DNA of 64,000 nt, taken from assembly GCA_964384995.1 (NCBI GenBank), contig CAYLMJ010000011.1, positions 4,417-68,416 of the forward strand, given 5' to 3'. The notes under the pieces are model-generated. The model was given only the letters and a program-made list of their open reading frames with translations, was not told the DNA's origin and did no database searches. Positions within the stretch are counted from its first letter, which is position 1; each line of letters opens with the position of its first letter. The translations under genes and the position numbers were made by a program. Below, one piece after another: positions 34,207-42,341 of this stretch. Source of the stretch: an uncultured archaeon. Its GTDB lineage: Archaea > Thermoplasmatota > Poseidoniia > MGIII > CAYLMJ01.

Positions 34207-36312
34207 TCAGAGTGCCACCGGCTCCTGGAACTCGCCAAAGACCTCGCGGAAGAGGGCCGAGATCTCCCCGACCGTGGCGTAGGCCTCCACCGCCTCCATG
34301 ATGGCGGGCATGAGATTCTCGTCGCTCTTGGCCGTTGCCTCCAACCGTTGTAACGCCGCGTCCACGGCGGCCTGGTCCCGACTGGCCTTGATATCCTTCA
34401 GGCGCCCGATCTGTTCCTGTGCGGCATCCGGCTCGTAATCGTGAAGCTTCACCGCCCGTTCCTGGTCTCGCTCGGCACTGCGGTACTTGTTGACCCCCAC
34501 CTTGACGAACTCCCCCGACTGGACCGCCCGCTCGTGGGCGTAGGCCTGGGCCGCCACCTGGCGCTGGAGACTGCCCTCGGCGATGGCCTGCACGATGCCG
34601 CCCCACTCCCGGACCCGCCCCATCTCCTTGATGATGCGCCCCTCCAGCTCGCTGGTCAGGGACTCGATGTAGTAGGAGCCGCCCAGGGGGTCCACGGTGT
34701 CGGCCAGGCCCATCTCCTCGATGAGGATCTGCATGGTGCGCAGGGAGACCAGGGCCGCCTCCTTGGAGGGGATGGTGTAGGCCTCGTCGTAGGAGCAGAG
34801 GGCCATGGTCTGGGTGCCCGACAGGGCGGATATGAGAGCGTAGTAGGCTCCCCGCACGATGTTGTTCAGGGGCTCCTCGATGGTGAGCCCACCCCCGCCG
34901 CCGCCGGCGATCATCTTCAGCTTCTGGGCCTTGGGATTGGCCACCCCCAGCTCGTCGCGCACCAGTTTGGCCCACAGCCGCCGCCCCGCCCTGAACTTGG
35001 CCACTTGCTCGAAGAGGTTGCCGTGGATGTCGAAGTTGAAGCTCACCTGGGAGGCGAAATGTTCGGGGTCCAGGCCCCGTCCCTCCATGCGGCGCACGTA
35101 CTCTGTGGCAATGGCGAAGGCGTAGGCCATCTCCTGCACCGGATCGGCCCCGGACTCGCGGATGTGGTAGCCGCACACCGAGACCGGGTAGTACTTGGGC
35201 ACATGGCGGGCGCAGTGCTCCCACACGTCGATGACCAGGCGGATGGAGGGTTCGACAGGATAGATCCACGTGCCGCGACCAACGAACTCCTTGAGGATGT
35301 CGTTCTGGGCGGTGCCCCGGATCTGGTCCATGGCCAGGCCCTGCTTGCGGGCCACCACCAGGTACATGGCCACCAGGATGGGGGCGGTGGAGTTGATGGT
35401 CAGCGAGGTGGAGATGCGGTCCAGGGGGATGGCGTCGAAGGCCACCTCCATGTCGGCCAGGGTGTCCACGGCCATGCCCACCCGGCCCACCTCGCCCGCG
35501 GCCCGGGGGTCGTCGGAGTCGAGCCCCATCTGGGTGGGCAGGTCGAAGGCCACGTTGAGGGCGTTCTGGCCCTCGCCGATGAGGTACTTGAAGCGCTCGT
35601 TGGTCTGGGAGGGGGTGCCGAAACCGGAGTACTGGCGCATGGTGAAGGGCCGCGCCCGGTACATCAGGTCGTGGATGCCCCTGGTGAAGGGGAAGTCGCC
35701 AGGCCGGCCCACCTCGGAATCCAGGTCCAGGTCGGCCACCTGCTCGGGGCCGTAAACCGGCAGGGGCTCGACGCCCGATTCCAGGACCACCTTCCGGGCC
35801 TGGGGCCGGCGGGGTGGGGGCGCCCCCGTTTTCTTACCTGCCGCCGGGGTCTCTTCTGCCTCCTTTGCTGGATCCTCAGGAGCCGCCACTTCCCGTCCTC
35901 CGACCCTGGCCACCGCCTCCCGCAGGCCCGCGGCGATGTCCTCCAATCGGGCGCTGGTGGGGAAGATGTCCACGACACCCAGCTCCCGGAGGGGCCCGTG
36001 GTCCCGGGCCGGGATGTTGCCACCGAAGAACACCGGGACCTCGGAGAGCCCCTCGGCGCTCATGCGCTCCCTCAGGTGCTCGGCGATGGGCAGATGGGCG
36101 CCCGAGAGGATGGAGAGCCCGATGGCGTCGACATCCTCCTCCAGGGCCGCGGCCACGATCTGGTCCACGGTCCTGTGGAGTCCGGTGTAGATGACCTCGA
36201 AGCCGGAATCGCGGAGGGCCAGGGCCACCACCTTGGCCCCCTGGTCGTGGCCGTCCAGGCCCGGTTTGGCGATGAGCACGCGGATGGGTCTTGGAGCTGT
36301 ATCGTCTGACAT
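34207..36312 (-). CDS. methylmalonyl-CoA-mutase-type B12 enzyme, single polypeptide with the B12-binding domain N-terminal to the catalytic barrel
   Basis: N-terminal IRVLIAKPGLDGHDQGAKVVA (DxHxxG), a Pro/Ala/Lys linker, then FPFTRGIHDLMYRARPFTMRQYSGFG...LNVAFDLPTQMGLDSD...NDILKEFVGRGTWIYP. Start at ATG 36312 (MSDDTAPRPIRV...). Confidence 0.85.
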   Translation of the reverse strand: MSDDTAPRPIRVLIAKPGLDGHDQGAKVVALALRDSGFEVIYTGLHRTVDQIVAAALEEDVDAIGLSILSGAHLPIAEHLRERMSAEGLSEVPVFFGGNIPARDHGPLRELGVVDIFPTSARLEDIAAGLREAVARVGGREVAAPEDPAKEAEETPAAGKKTGAPPPRRPQARKVVLESGVEPLPVYGPEQVADLDLDSEVGRPGDFPFTRGIHDLMYRARPFTMRQYSGFGTPSQTNERFKYLIGEGQNALNVAFDLPTQMGLDSDDPRAAGEVGRVGMAVDTLADMEVAFDAIPLDRISTSLTINSTAPILVAMYLVVARKQGLAMDQIRGTAQNDILKEFVGRGTWIYPVEPSIRLVIDVWEHCARHVPKYYPVSVCGYHIRESGADPVQEMAYAFAIATEYVRRMEGRGLDPEHFASQVSFNFDIHGNLFEQVAKFRAGRRLWAKLVRDELGVANPKAQKLKMIAGGGGGGLTIEEPLNNIVRGAYYALISALSGTQTMALCSYDEAYTIPSKEAALVSLRTMQILIEEMGLADTVDPLGGSYYIESLTSELEGRIIKEMGRVREWGGIVQAIAEGSLQRQVAAQAYAHERAVQSGEFVKVGVNKYRSAERDQERAVKLHDYEPDAAQEQIGRLKDIKASRDQAAVDAALQRLEATAKSDENLMPAIMEAVEAYATVGEISALFREVFGEFQEPVAL

Positions 36313-36555
36313 GGCTTGGGCTCCCGGAAGTGAGGGCATGGGCCTTTCGTTCTTTACCTTTTGCAAGGACCAACAGCGGGCAGAGGCCGATCACGGGGCC
36401 CTCAAGCGGTACAGCAGGCATCAGGCGATCAGGGGCCAGGGCGGCTTGCCGGGCAATTAATTCCAGTAGGATTGAAATCGTAATGCCCCATGTTGAATAC
36501 ACACATTAAATACTCATCACGCCTGAACGAACCATCCAGAGGAGCCACGATCGCC

Positions 36556-37731
36556 ATGTTCTCATTGATCCTTCGCCGCTCCCTGGGCCAGCGCAAGGCC
36601 CGGGTGGCCATAGCCGTGGTGGCCGTCATGATGGGTGCCTCCATAGCCAGCGCCCTGCTCATGGTATCACTGGACATCCGCGACAAGGTGGGCTACGAGT
36701 TCCGCAGTTACGGAGCCAACATCCTGCTGGTGCCAGAGAGCGAGAGCATCTCCATCAGCATCGGCGACGTGGACTACGGCTCGGTGACCGAGCAGAGCTA
36801 CATCGATGAGGAGGACCTGCCCAAGATCAAGGACCATGTCTGGGGCGAGAACGTGCTGGGCTACGCCCCCTACCTCTACTCGGTGGTCTACGTTGGCGAC
36901 CAGGTGGCCATTCTCACCGGGACCTGGTTCGACCAGGTGCAGAAGATAAGTCCCTGGTGGGAGGTGGAGGGCCACTGGATCGACGACCGCAACGACACCA
37001 CCCGCACCATGGTGGGCACCACAGTGGCCCGCATCCTGGACCTGGAGCTGGGCGACACCCTGGACATCGCCTACAATAACTCTGGCAACCTGTCCACGAG
37101 CCAGCTCACTGTGGCCGGCATAGTCACCACCGGCGGCTCCGAGGACAACCAGATATTCGTCAACCTGGGCCTGGCCCAGGAGCTCACCAGGCGGCAGGGC
37201 AAGGTCAACACGGTCCAGGTCAGCGCCCTGTGCATCCAGTGTCCGGTGGACACCATGGCCGCCACCATCGAGGAACAACTCCCGGGTGTGGAGGCCAAGA
37301 CGGTCAAGCAGGTGACCACCGCCGAGATGAACCTGCTGGAGAAGCTGGAACAGCTGATGCTGCTGGTGACGGCCCTGGCCCTGATGGCCTCGGCCCTGGG
37401 CGTCTCGACCACGATGACCTCCTCGGTGATGGAGCGGACCACGGAGATGGGGACGATGAAGGCCCTGGGCTCACCCGATTCCAGGATCGCCCTGCTCTTC
37501 CTCTGTGAAGGCCTGATCATCGGCATTCTGGGTGGCCTGCTGGGTTTCGGCGTGGGCGTCGTCTTTGCCAAGTACCTGGGACAGAGCGTATTTTCGGCCA
37601 CCATCGCCCCGCGCCTGAGCGTGGCCCTGGCGGCCATCGGGCTGTCGGTGGGCGTGACCCTGGCCGCTTCCATCCTGCCGGTGAGACGGGCCCTGTCCAT
37701 CCAGCCGGCCCTGGTCCTGAGGGGTGAGTGA
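36556..37731 (+). CDS. FtsX/MacB-type ABC transporter permease
   Basis: MFSLILRRSLGQRKARVAIAVVAVMMGASIASALL, a large extracytoplasmic loop and a C-terminal FtsX-like 3-TM bundle (MKALGSPDSRIALLFLCEGLIIGILGGLLG...). Confidence 0.8.
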   Translation: MFSLILRRSLGQRKARVAIAVVAVMMGASIASALLMVSLDIRDKVGYEFRSYGANILLVPESESISISIGDVDYGSVTEQSYIDEEDLPKIKDHVWGENVLGYAPYLYSVVYVGDQVAILTGTWFDQVQKISPWWEVEGHWIDDRNDTTRTMVGTTVARILDLELGDTLDIAYNNSGNLSTSQLTVAGIVTTGGSEDNQIFVNLGLAQELTRRQGKVNTVQVSALCIQCPVDTMAATIEEQLPGVEAKTVKQVTTAEMNLLEKLEQLMLLVTALALMASALGVSTTMTSSVMERTTEMGTMKALGSPDSRIALLFLCEGLIIGILGGLLGFGVGVVFAKYLGQSVFSATIAPRLSVALAAIGLSVGVTLAASILPVRRALSIQPALVLRGE

Positions 37732-38577
37732 ATGGAGGCTTCCGCGACCATGGGAACCCAATGCATCGAGGGCCAGGAGCACCCGAGCCATCCCATCATC
37801 TCCACCACCGGGCTGATAATGGACTACAACGACCAGACCCGGGCCCTCAACGGCGTGGACCTGGAGGTGGAGCCAGGGGAGTGGTTGACCATCATGGGCC
37901 CCTCGGGGTCGGGCAAGACCACCCTGATGAACCTCATCGGTGGACTCCTGCAGCCCACGGCCGGTCGCATCGCAGTAGAGGAGGTGGACATCGGCTCGCT
38001 GAGCCCCAGGGAGCTGGTGAGCTTCAGGCGCGAGAAGATAGGATTCATCTTCCAGCAGTTCCACCTGATACCCTATCTCAACGCCCTGGAGAACGTCATG
38101 CTCTCCATGTACTTTCACAGCCTGGCCGACGAGGAGGAGGCACGGGAGGCCTTGCGCCGGGTGGGACTGGCCCACCGGGCCCACCATCTGCCCTCCCAGA
38201 TGTCGGGGGGCGAGCAGCAGCGGGTGGCCGTGGCCCGGGCCCTGGTGAACTCACCCCAGGTGCTCCTGGCCGATGAGCCCACCGGCAACCTGGACCAGGA
38301 CAACGGCCAGACCATCCTGGAGCTGATGCGGGAACTCCACCAGGAGGGTCACACCATCGTGCTCATCACCCACGAACCGACCATCGCCGAACTGGGGGAC
38401 CGGACCATCCGGCTGGTGGACGGCAGGGTGGAGGGAGCAGCACAGGGGACCTCGACCGGGAATGAGGAACCAAAACATCCAGAACTTTCAGAACTTTCAG
38501 AACAACCAGAAGAACCAGAAGATCCAGAAAATAACCAGAATACACCAACTAAGGAGGAACAACATGACGACCAATGA
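37732..38577 (+). CDS. ABC transporter ATP-binding protein (MacB/LolD type) with an acidic tail
   Basis: Walker [10 protein letters not shown], signature [15 protein letters not shown], Walker [12 protein letters not shown]. Starts directly after the permease stop. Confidence 0.9.
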   Translation: MEASATMGTQCIEGQEHPSHPIISTTGLIMDYNDQTRALNGVDLEVEPGEWLTIMGPSGSGKTTLMNLIGGLLQPTAGRIAVEEVDIGSLSPRELVSFRREKIGFIFQQFHLIPYLNALENVMLSMYFHSLADEEEAREALRRVGLAHRAHHLPSQMSGGEQQRVAVARALVNSPQVLLADEPTGNLDQDNGQTILELMRELHQEGHTIVLITHEPTIAELGDRTIRLVDGRVEGAAQGTSTGNEEPKHPELSELSEQPEEPEDPENNQNTPTKEEQHDDQ

Positions 38578-39373
38578 AATGGTGAACTGCGGCGAATGCG
38601 GCGCAAAGGTCAAGCCCACCAACCTGGTCTCCCATCTGGAGCGGGTCCACTCTCTGGGCCCGGAAGCCGCAAAGGGCCCCAAGGGCAAAGGCAAGGACCG
38701 GTCCGACAAGGCTGGCAAAGCAAAGACAAAAGCCCAGGCCAAGGCACCGGCGAAGAATCAGAACAAGAACAGGACCGGCAAGACCGCCCGTTCGAAGTCC
38801 GGGGGCTCCACGGGAGGCCTCAAGACCCTGGGAACCACCGGGTCCCGTTCCAGACTGGACAAGGCGGCCCAAGTCCGACAGGAGCGAACGCGCAATCTCA
38901 TGATAGCCGTGGGTGCCACCCTGGCCCTGGTGATCCTGGTGGGAGCGGCCCTGATGCTGGCCCCCGGCGGCGACGATGATGATGGGTCGGGCATCCCGGT
39001 CCTGCAGGCCGTGAACGGCGAGGTGCGCATCCCCACCGCCGAGGTGGACGACGGTGACATCCATTTCTACTACTACGACGAGGATGGCGACGGCGATGGT
39101 GACATCAAGTTCTATGTCCACCGCAACCACCGGGACAACCTCCTGACCCGCTTCAGCGTCTGCGAGCCTTGCAAGGGCCTTGACTTCACCACCCGCGACA
39201 ACGGCGCCCGCATCCACTGCGAGGTGTGCGGCACCGAGTGGGACTCGGACACCTACGAGGGCCTCAAGGGCGGCTGTCAGGACGACCCGCCACCTCACCT
39301 GGACCACACCCTCTCGGGTTCCAACGTGGTCATCGACGAGGACGACCTGAAGGCCGGCGGACACTACTTCTGA
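38564..39373 (+). CDS. membrane-anchored protein: N-terminal C2H2-like zinc finger, one TM helix, C-terminal DUF2318-like Cys-rich domain
   Basis: AAGGAGGA lies 6-13 nt before ATG 38564. CGECGAKVKPTNLVSHLERVH; TM MIAVGATLALVILVGAALML; FSVCEPCKGLDF...IHCEVCGTEW...LKGGCQDDPPPHL resembles the COG4393/DUF2318 domain found next to FtsX-type ABC genes. Confidence 0.55.
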   Translation: MTTNEMVNCGECGAKVKPTNLVSHLERVHSLGPEAAKGPKGKGKDRSDKAGKAKTKAQAKAPAKNQNKNRTGKTARSKSGGSTGGLKTLGTTGSRSRLDKAAQVRQERTRNLMIAVGATLALVILVGAALMLAPGGDDDDGSGIPVLQAVNGEVRIPTAEVDDGDIHFYYYDEDGDGDGDIKFYVHRNHRDNLLTRFSVCEPCKGLDFTTRDNGARIHCEVCGTEWDSDTYEGLKGGCQDDPPPHLDHTLSGSNVVIDEDDLKAGGHYF

Positions 39374-39474
39374 GGCCCTCTCCGCCTGGAGCTTAACTGC
39401 ATAACACTTATATACCATGAACTGAAAATTAATGCACTTCAGTACAACTTTCAACAGTTGTATCAGGTGATTGC

Positions 39475-40080
39475 ATGGTGTGTGCTATCCAGACTCGCAA
39501 GACATTGCTGCTTGCTTTAGTGGCCATTGCCCTCATGGTGATGGTGCCTTTCAGTTCGTGTGCCGAAACGTATGAAGTGGAGGTCGCAGTGACCTTCTAC
39601 TACATCGACGATGTGACCATAGATTTTGGTTCCTTCTATTCGGATGACTACCATCCTCTTGTGATAATGCTTCCGGCCGAGGTGTTCTTCTCCAACAAGG
39701 TGACCTTCGAGGACAAGCGCTCGGGCGATGAGCTGCGCAAGGTCAAGATCAAGATCGCCGTTGACGATGACGCAACCCAGTGGAAGCAGAAGACCTACTC
39801 GGGTGATTACGACTGGGAAGGCAATCCCAGGGGCGAGAAGAAATACACCCAGGAGTTCGGGGCCGGCGAGGACACCCCCTACATCGCCACCATCTACGAG
39901 CTCTACCACAAGGTCGGCGACCAGTGGGTCCAGGACGATTACGCCAAGGTCGGCGAGGAAGCCATGGTCTTCACCCTGTCGGGACCCTACAACGACGGCG
40001 AACCCGCCAGTGTCATACTCGACGACGACCTCATCCAGCTCTCCGTGGACCAGGGTATCGACCCCGACGACCTGTCATAG
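39475..40080 (+). CDS. secreted or lipid-anchored hypothetical protein
   Basis: 201 aa. Signal-like N-terminus TLLLALVAIALMVMVPFSSCAE (possible lipobox Cys). Acidic and beta-rich. The 5' part has lower G+C. Confidence 0.45.
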   Translation: MVCAIQTRKTLLLALVAIALMVMVPFSSCAETYEVEVAVTFYYIDDVTIDFGSFYSDDYHPLVIMLPAEVFFSNKVTFEDKRSGDELRKVKIKIAVDDDATQWKQKTYSGDYDWEGNPRGEKKYTQEFGAGEDTPYIATIYELYHKVGDQWVQDDYAKVGEEAMVFTLSGPYNDGEPASVILDDDLIQLSVDQGIDPDDLS

Positions 40081-40251
40081 GCCGGTCCGTCCATTACCAA
40101 TAAGCCACTTCGGCAACAGCGGTGGCCATGTTTAGGTAAGGCAGAGGCCATACATAGGCCAGGCTGAGGTTATACTTAGGTCATGCACAGACCATGTAGA
40201 TGCCATGCCACGGCCATGCCGCGGCCATGCCCTGATGCAAAGAAAGTTACG

Positions 40252-41397
40252 CTAATCCAGCCTCTCGAAGACCCGCTCCACGATGTCCAGGGCCCGGGTG
40301 ATGATGTCAGAGGAGGTGGCAAAGGAGAAGCGCAGGTAGCCCTCGCCTCCGGGACCGAAGACACTGCCGGGGGTGCAGATGACCCCGGCCCGGGCGATGC
40401 GATGGGCCAGTTCCACAGATGAGAGGTCCTGCTTGTAGCGGGCAAAGGCGTAGAATGAACCTCCCGGGAGGGGACAGCTGAGGCCGTTCATCCGGTTGAG
40501 CCGTTCCACCATCAGGTCCCGGCGTTTGCGATAGCGGCCCACCATCTCGTCGATCCAATCCTGGGGGAAGTTGCTCAGGCCATCCAGGGCGGCATACTGC
40601 AACGGCGTGGGCGGGCAGGAGACCAGATGGTAGTGGAGCTTCAGCAGGGCCTCGACAGCCTCGGGGGCGGCCAGCACCCAGCCCAGCCTCCAGCCGGTCA
40701 TGGCAAAGAGCTTGGAGAAGGAGTTGACGTAGATGATGTTCTCCTCGTTGCCATCGTAGAATGTAGCGTGGGGCTGGAAGATTATCTCGTCGTAGACCTC
40801 GTCGGTGATCAGGGCCAGTCCGTGGTCGTCAGCCAGCTCCTTGAGGCCGCGGATGGTCTCGGCCGGCCAGCAGGCGCCGGTGGGGTTGGAGGGGCTGTTG
40901 ACCAGCATGGCGGTGGTCTTGGGGGTGATGAGCTCGGCCACCTGCTCCACCTGGGGGATGAAGTCGTGCTCGAACTCGATGGGGTAGCGCACCGGCTTGG
41001 CCCCCGCCAGCCTCACGATGCCCTGGTTCAGGACAAAGCCCACCCCGGGGATGAGCACCTCCTGACCACGTTCCACCAGGCCCATTGCGGCCAGGGCCAG
41101 GCCCTCGGTGGCCCCCAGGGTGACCATCACCTGGTAGGGGTCGATGTAGGTCCTGCGCTTGGCGGTCTCGTGGGCGGCGATGGCCTTCTTCAGGGCGGGC
41201 AGGCCCCCGGTGGGGGAGTACTTGTTGAGCCCCTGACCCACGGCGTGATGGAGGGCCTCCTGGATCTGTTCCGGCGGGTCGAGGTCGGGCTCACCCAGGC
41301 CCAGATGAAGGGAGTTCTCGTCGGCCAGCTCCAGCATCTTGCGGATGCCCGACATCTCGATGGTGTCGATGGTGCTGGAGAAGTTGAGCCGGTTCAT
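40252..41397 (-). CDS. class I/II pyridoxal-phosphate aminotransferase (aspartate/aromatic type)
   Basis: Start at ATG 41397 (MNRLNFSSTIDTIEMSGIRKMLELA...). PLP-Lys motif NSFSKLFAMTGWRLGW. Confidence 0.85.
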   Translation of the reverse strand: MNRLNFSSTIDTIEMSGIRKMLELADENSLHLGLGEPDLDPPEQIQEALHHAVGQGLNKYSPTGGLPALKKAIAAHETAKRRTYIDPYQVMVTLGATEGLALAAMGLVERGQEVLIPGVGFVLNQGIVRLAGAKPVRYPIEFEHDFIPQVEQVAELITPKTTAMLVNSPSNPTGACWPAETIRGLKELADDHGLALITDEVYDEIIFQPHATFYDGNEENIIYVNSFSKLFAMTGWRLGWVLAAPEAVEALLKLHYHLVSCPPTPLQYAALDGLSNFPQDWIDEMVGRYRKRRDLMVERLNRMNGLSCPLPGGSFYAFARYKQDLSSVELAHRIARAGVICTPGSVFGPGGEGYLRFSFATSSDIITRALDIVERVFERLD

Positions 41398-41434
41398 GGG
41401 GTTACCTTGCCAAGTGATTTGAGAGCTCGATGGT

Positions 41435-42307
41435 TCAGTCATCCCGGGTGTGGTCGTAGAAGCCCCGGCCGCTCTTGCGTCCATGGTGGCCCGCCCGCAC
41501 CATCTTCCGCAGCAGGTAGCTGGGGCGGTACTTTGTGTCGCCGAACTCCTGCATCATGTAGTCCATGCCCTCCACCACGATGGGGATGCCGCCGGTGTAG
41601 TCGGCCAGCTCCAGGGGGCCCATGGGGTGGGCCAGGCCCAGCTTGATGGCCTTGTCGATGTCCTCGGGGGAGGCGATGCCCTCGGCCACCATGCAGGCGG
41701 CCTCGTTGATGATGACATCCACCATCCGCGAGACGATGAAGCCGGGGGTGTCCTTCACCACCACAGTCTCCTTGCCCATGATCTCCCGGGAGACCATCTG
41801 GGCCGCTTCCAGGGTCTCATCTGATGTGCGCGCCCCGGTGACTATCTCCACCAGCTTCATCACCGCCACGGGGTTGAAGAAGTGCATGCCGATGACCCGC
41901 TCGGGGCCCTCAACGACGGAGGCGATGTCGCTGATGGAGAGGGCCGAGGTGTTGGTGGCCAGGATGGTGTCGGGCCGGCAGAGCTGGCCCAGCCTGGTGA
42001 AGATGTCCTTCTTCAGGGCCATGTCCTCGAACACCGACTCGATGACCAGGTCGGTATCGGGCACGGCCTCCTCCAGGGTGGTGCAGGGGCGCAGACGGCC
42101 CATTATCTCCTTGGCCTGCTCCTCGGTGAGCTTGCCCTTGGCCACGAAGAAGCGCTGAAGGGTCTTCTCGATGCCGGCCAAGCCCCGCTGGACCGCCTCG
42201 TCGGTGACGTCCTGCAGGGCCACCTGACAGCCTTTGAAGGCCAGGACCTGGGCTATCTGGGCGCCCATGACCCCGGCGCCCAGCACGGCGACTTTATCTA
42301 TCTTCAT
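41435..42307 (-). CDS. hbd: 3-hydroxyacyl/3-hydroxybutyryl-CoA dehydrogenase
   Basis: MKIDKVAVLGAGVMGAQIAQV..., HFFNPVAVMKLVEIV, C-terminal PSYLLRKMVRAGHHGRKSGRGFYD. Confidence 0.9.
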   Translation of the reverse strand: MKIDKVAVLGAGVMGAQIAQVLAFKGCQVALQDVTDEAVQRGLAGIEKTLQRFFVAKGKLTEEQAKEIMGRLRPCTTLEEAVPDTDLVIESVFEDMALKKDIFTRLGQLCRPDTILATNTSALSISDIASVVEGPERVIGMHFFNPVAVMKLVEIVTGARTSDETLEAAQMVSREIMGKETVVVKDTPGFIVSRMVDVIINEAACMVAEGIASPEDIDKAIKLGLAHPMGPLELADYTGGIPIVVEGMDYMMQEFGDTKYRPSYLLRKMVRAGHHGRKSGRGFYDHTRDD

Positions 42308-42341
42308 GTTTGATGCTCCTTGATCTGTTGGTTGGTAAAGG

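Noticed and set aside
36455-36485. attccagtaggattgaaatcgtaatgcc, reminiscent of CRISPR-repeat termini (ATTGAAA)
   Set aside because: There is a single copy only and no spacer-repeat periodicity anywhere in the window. It is not a CRISPR array.
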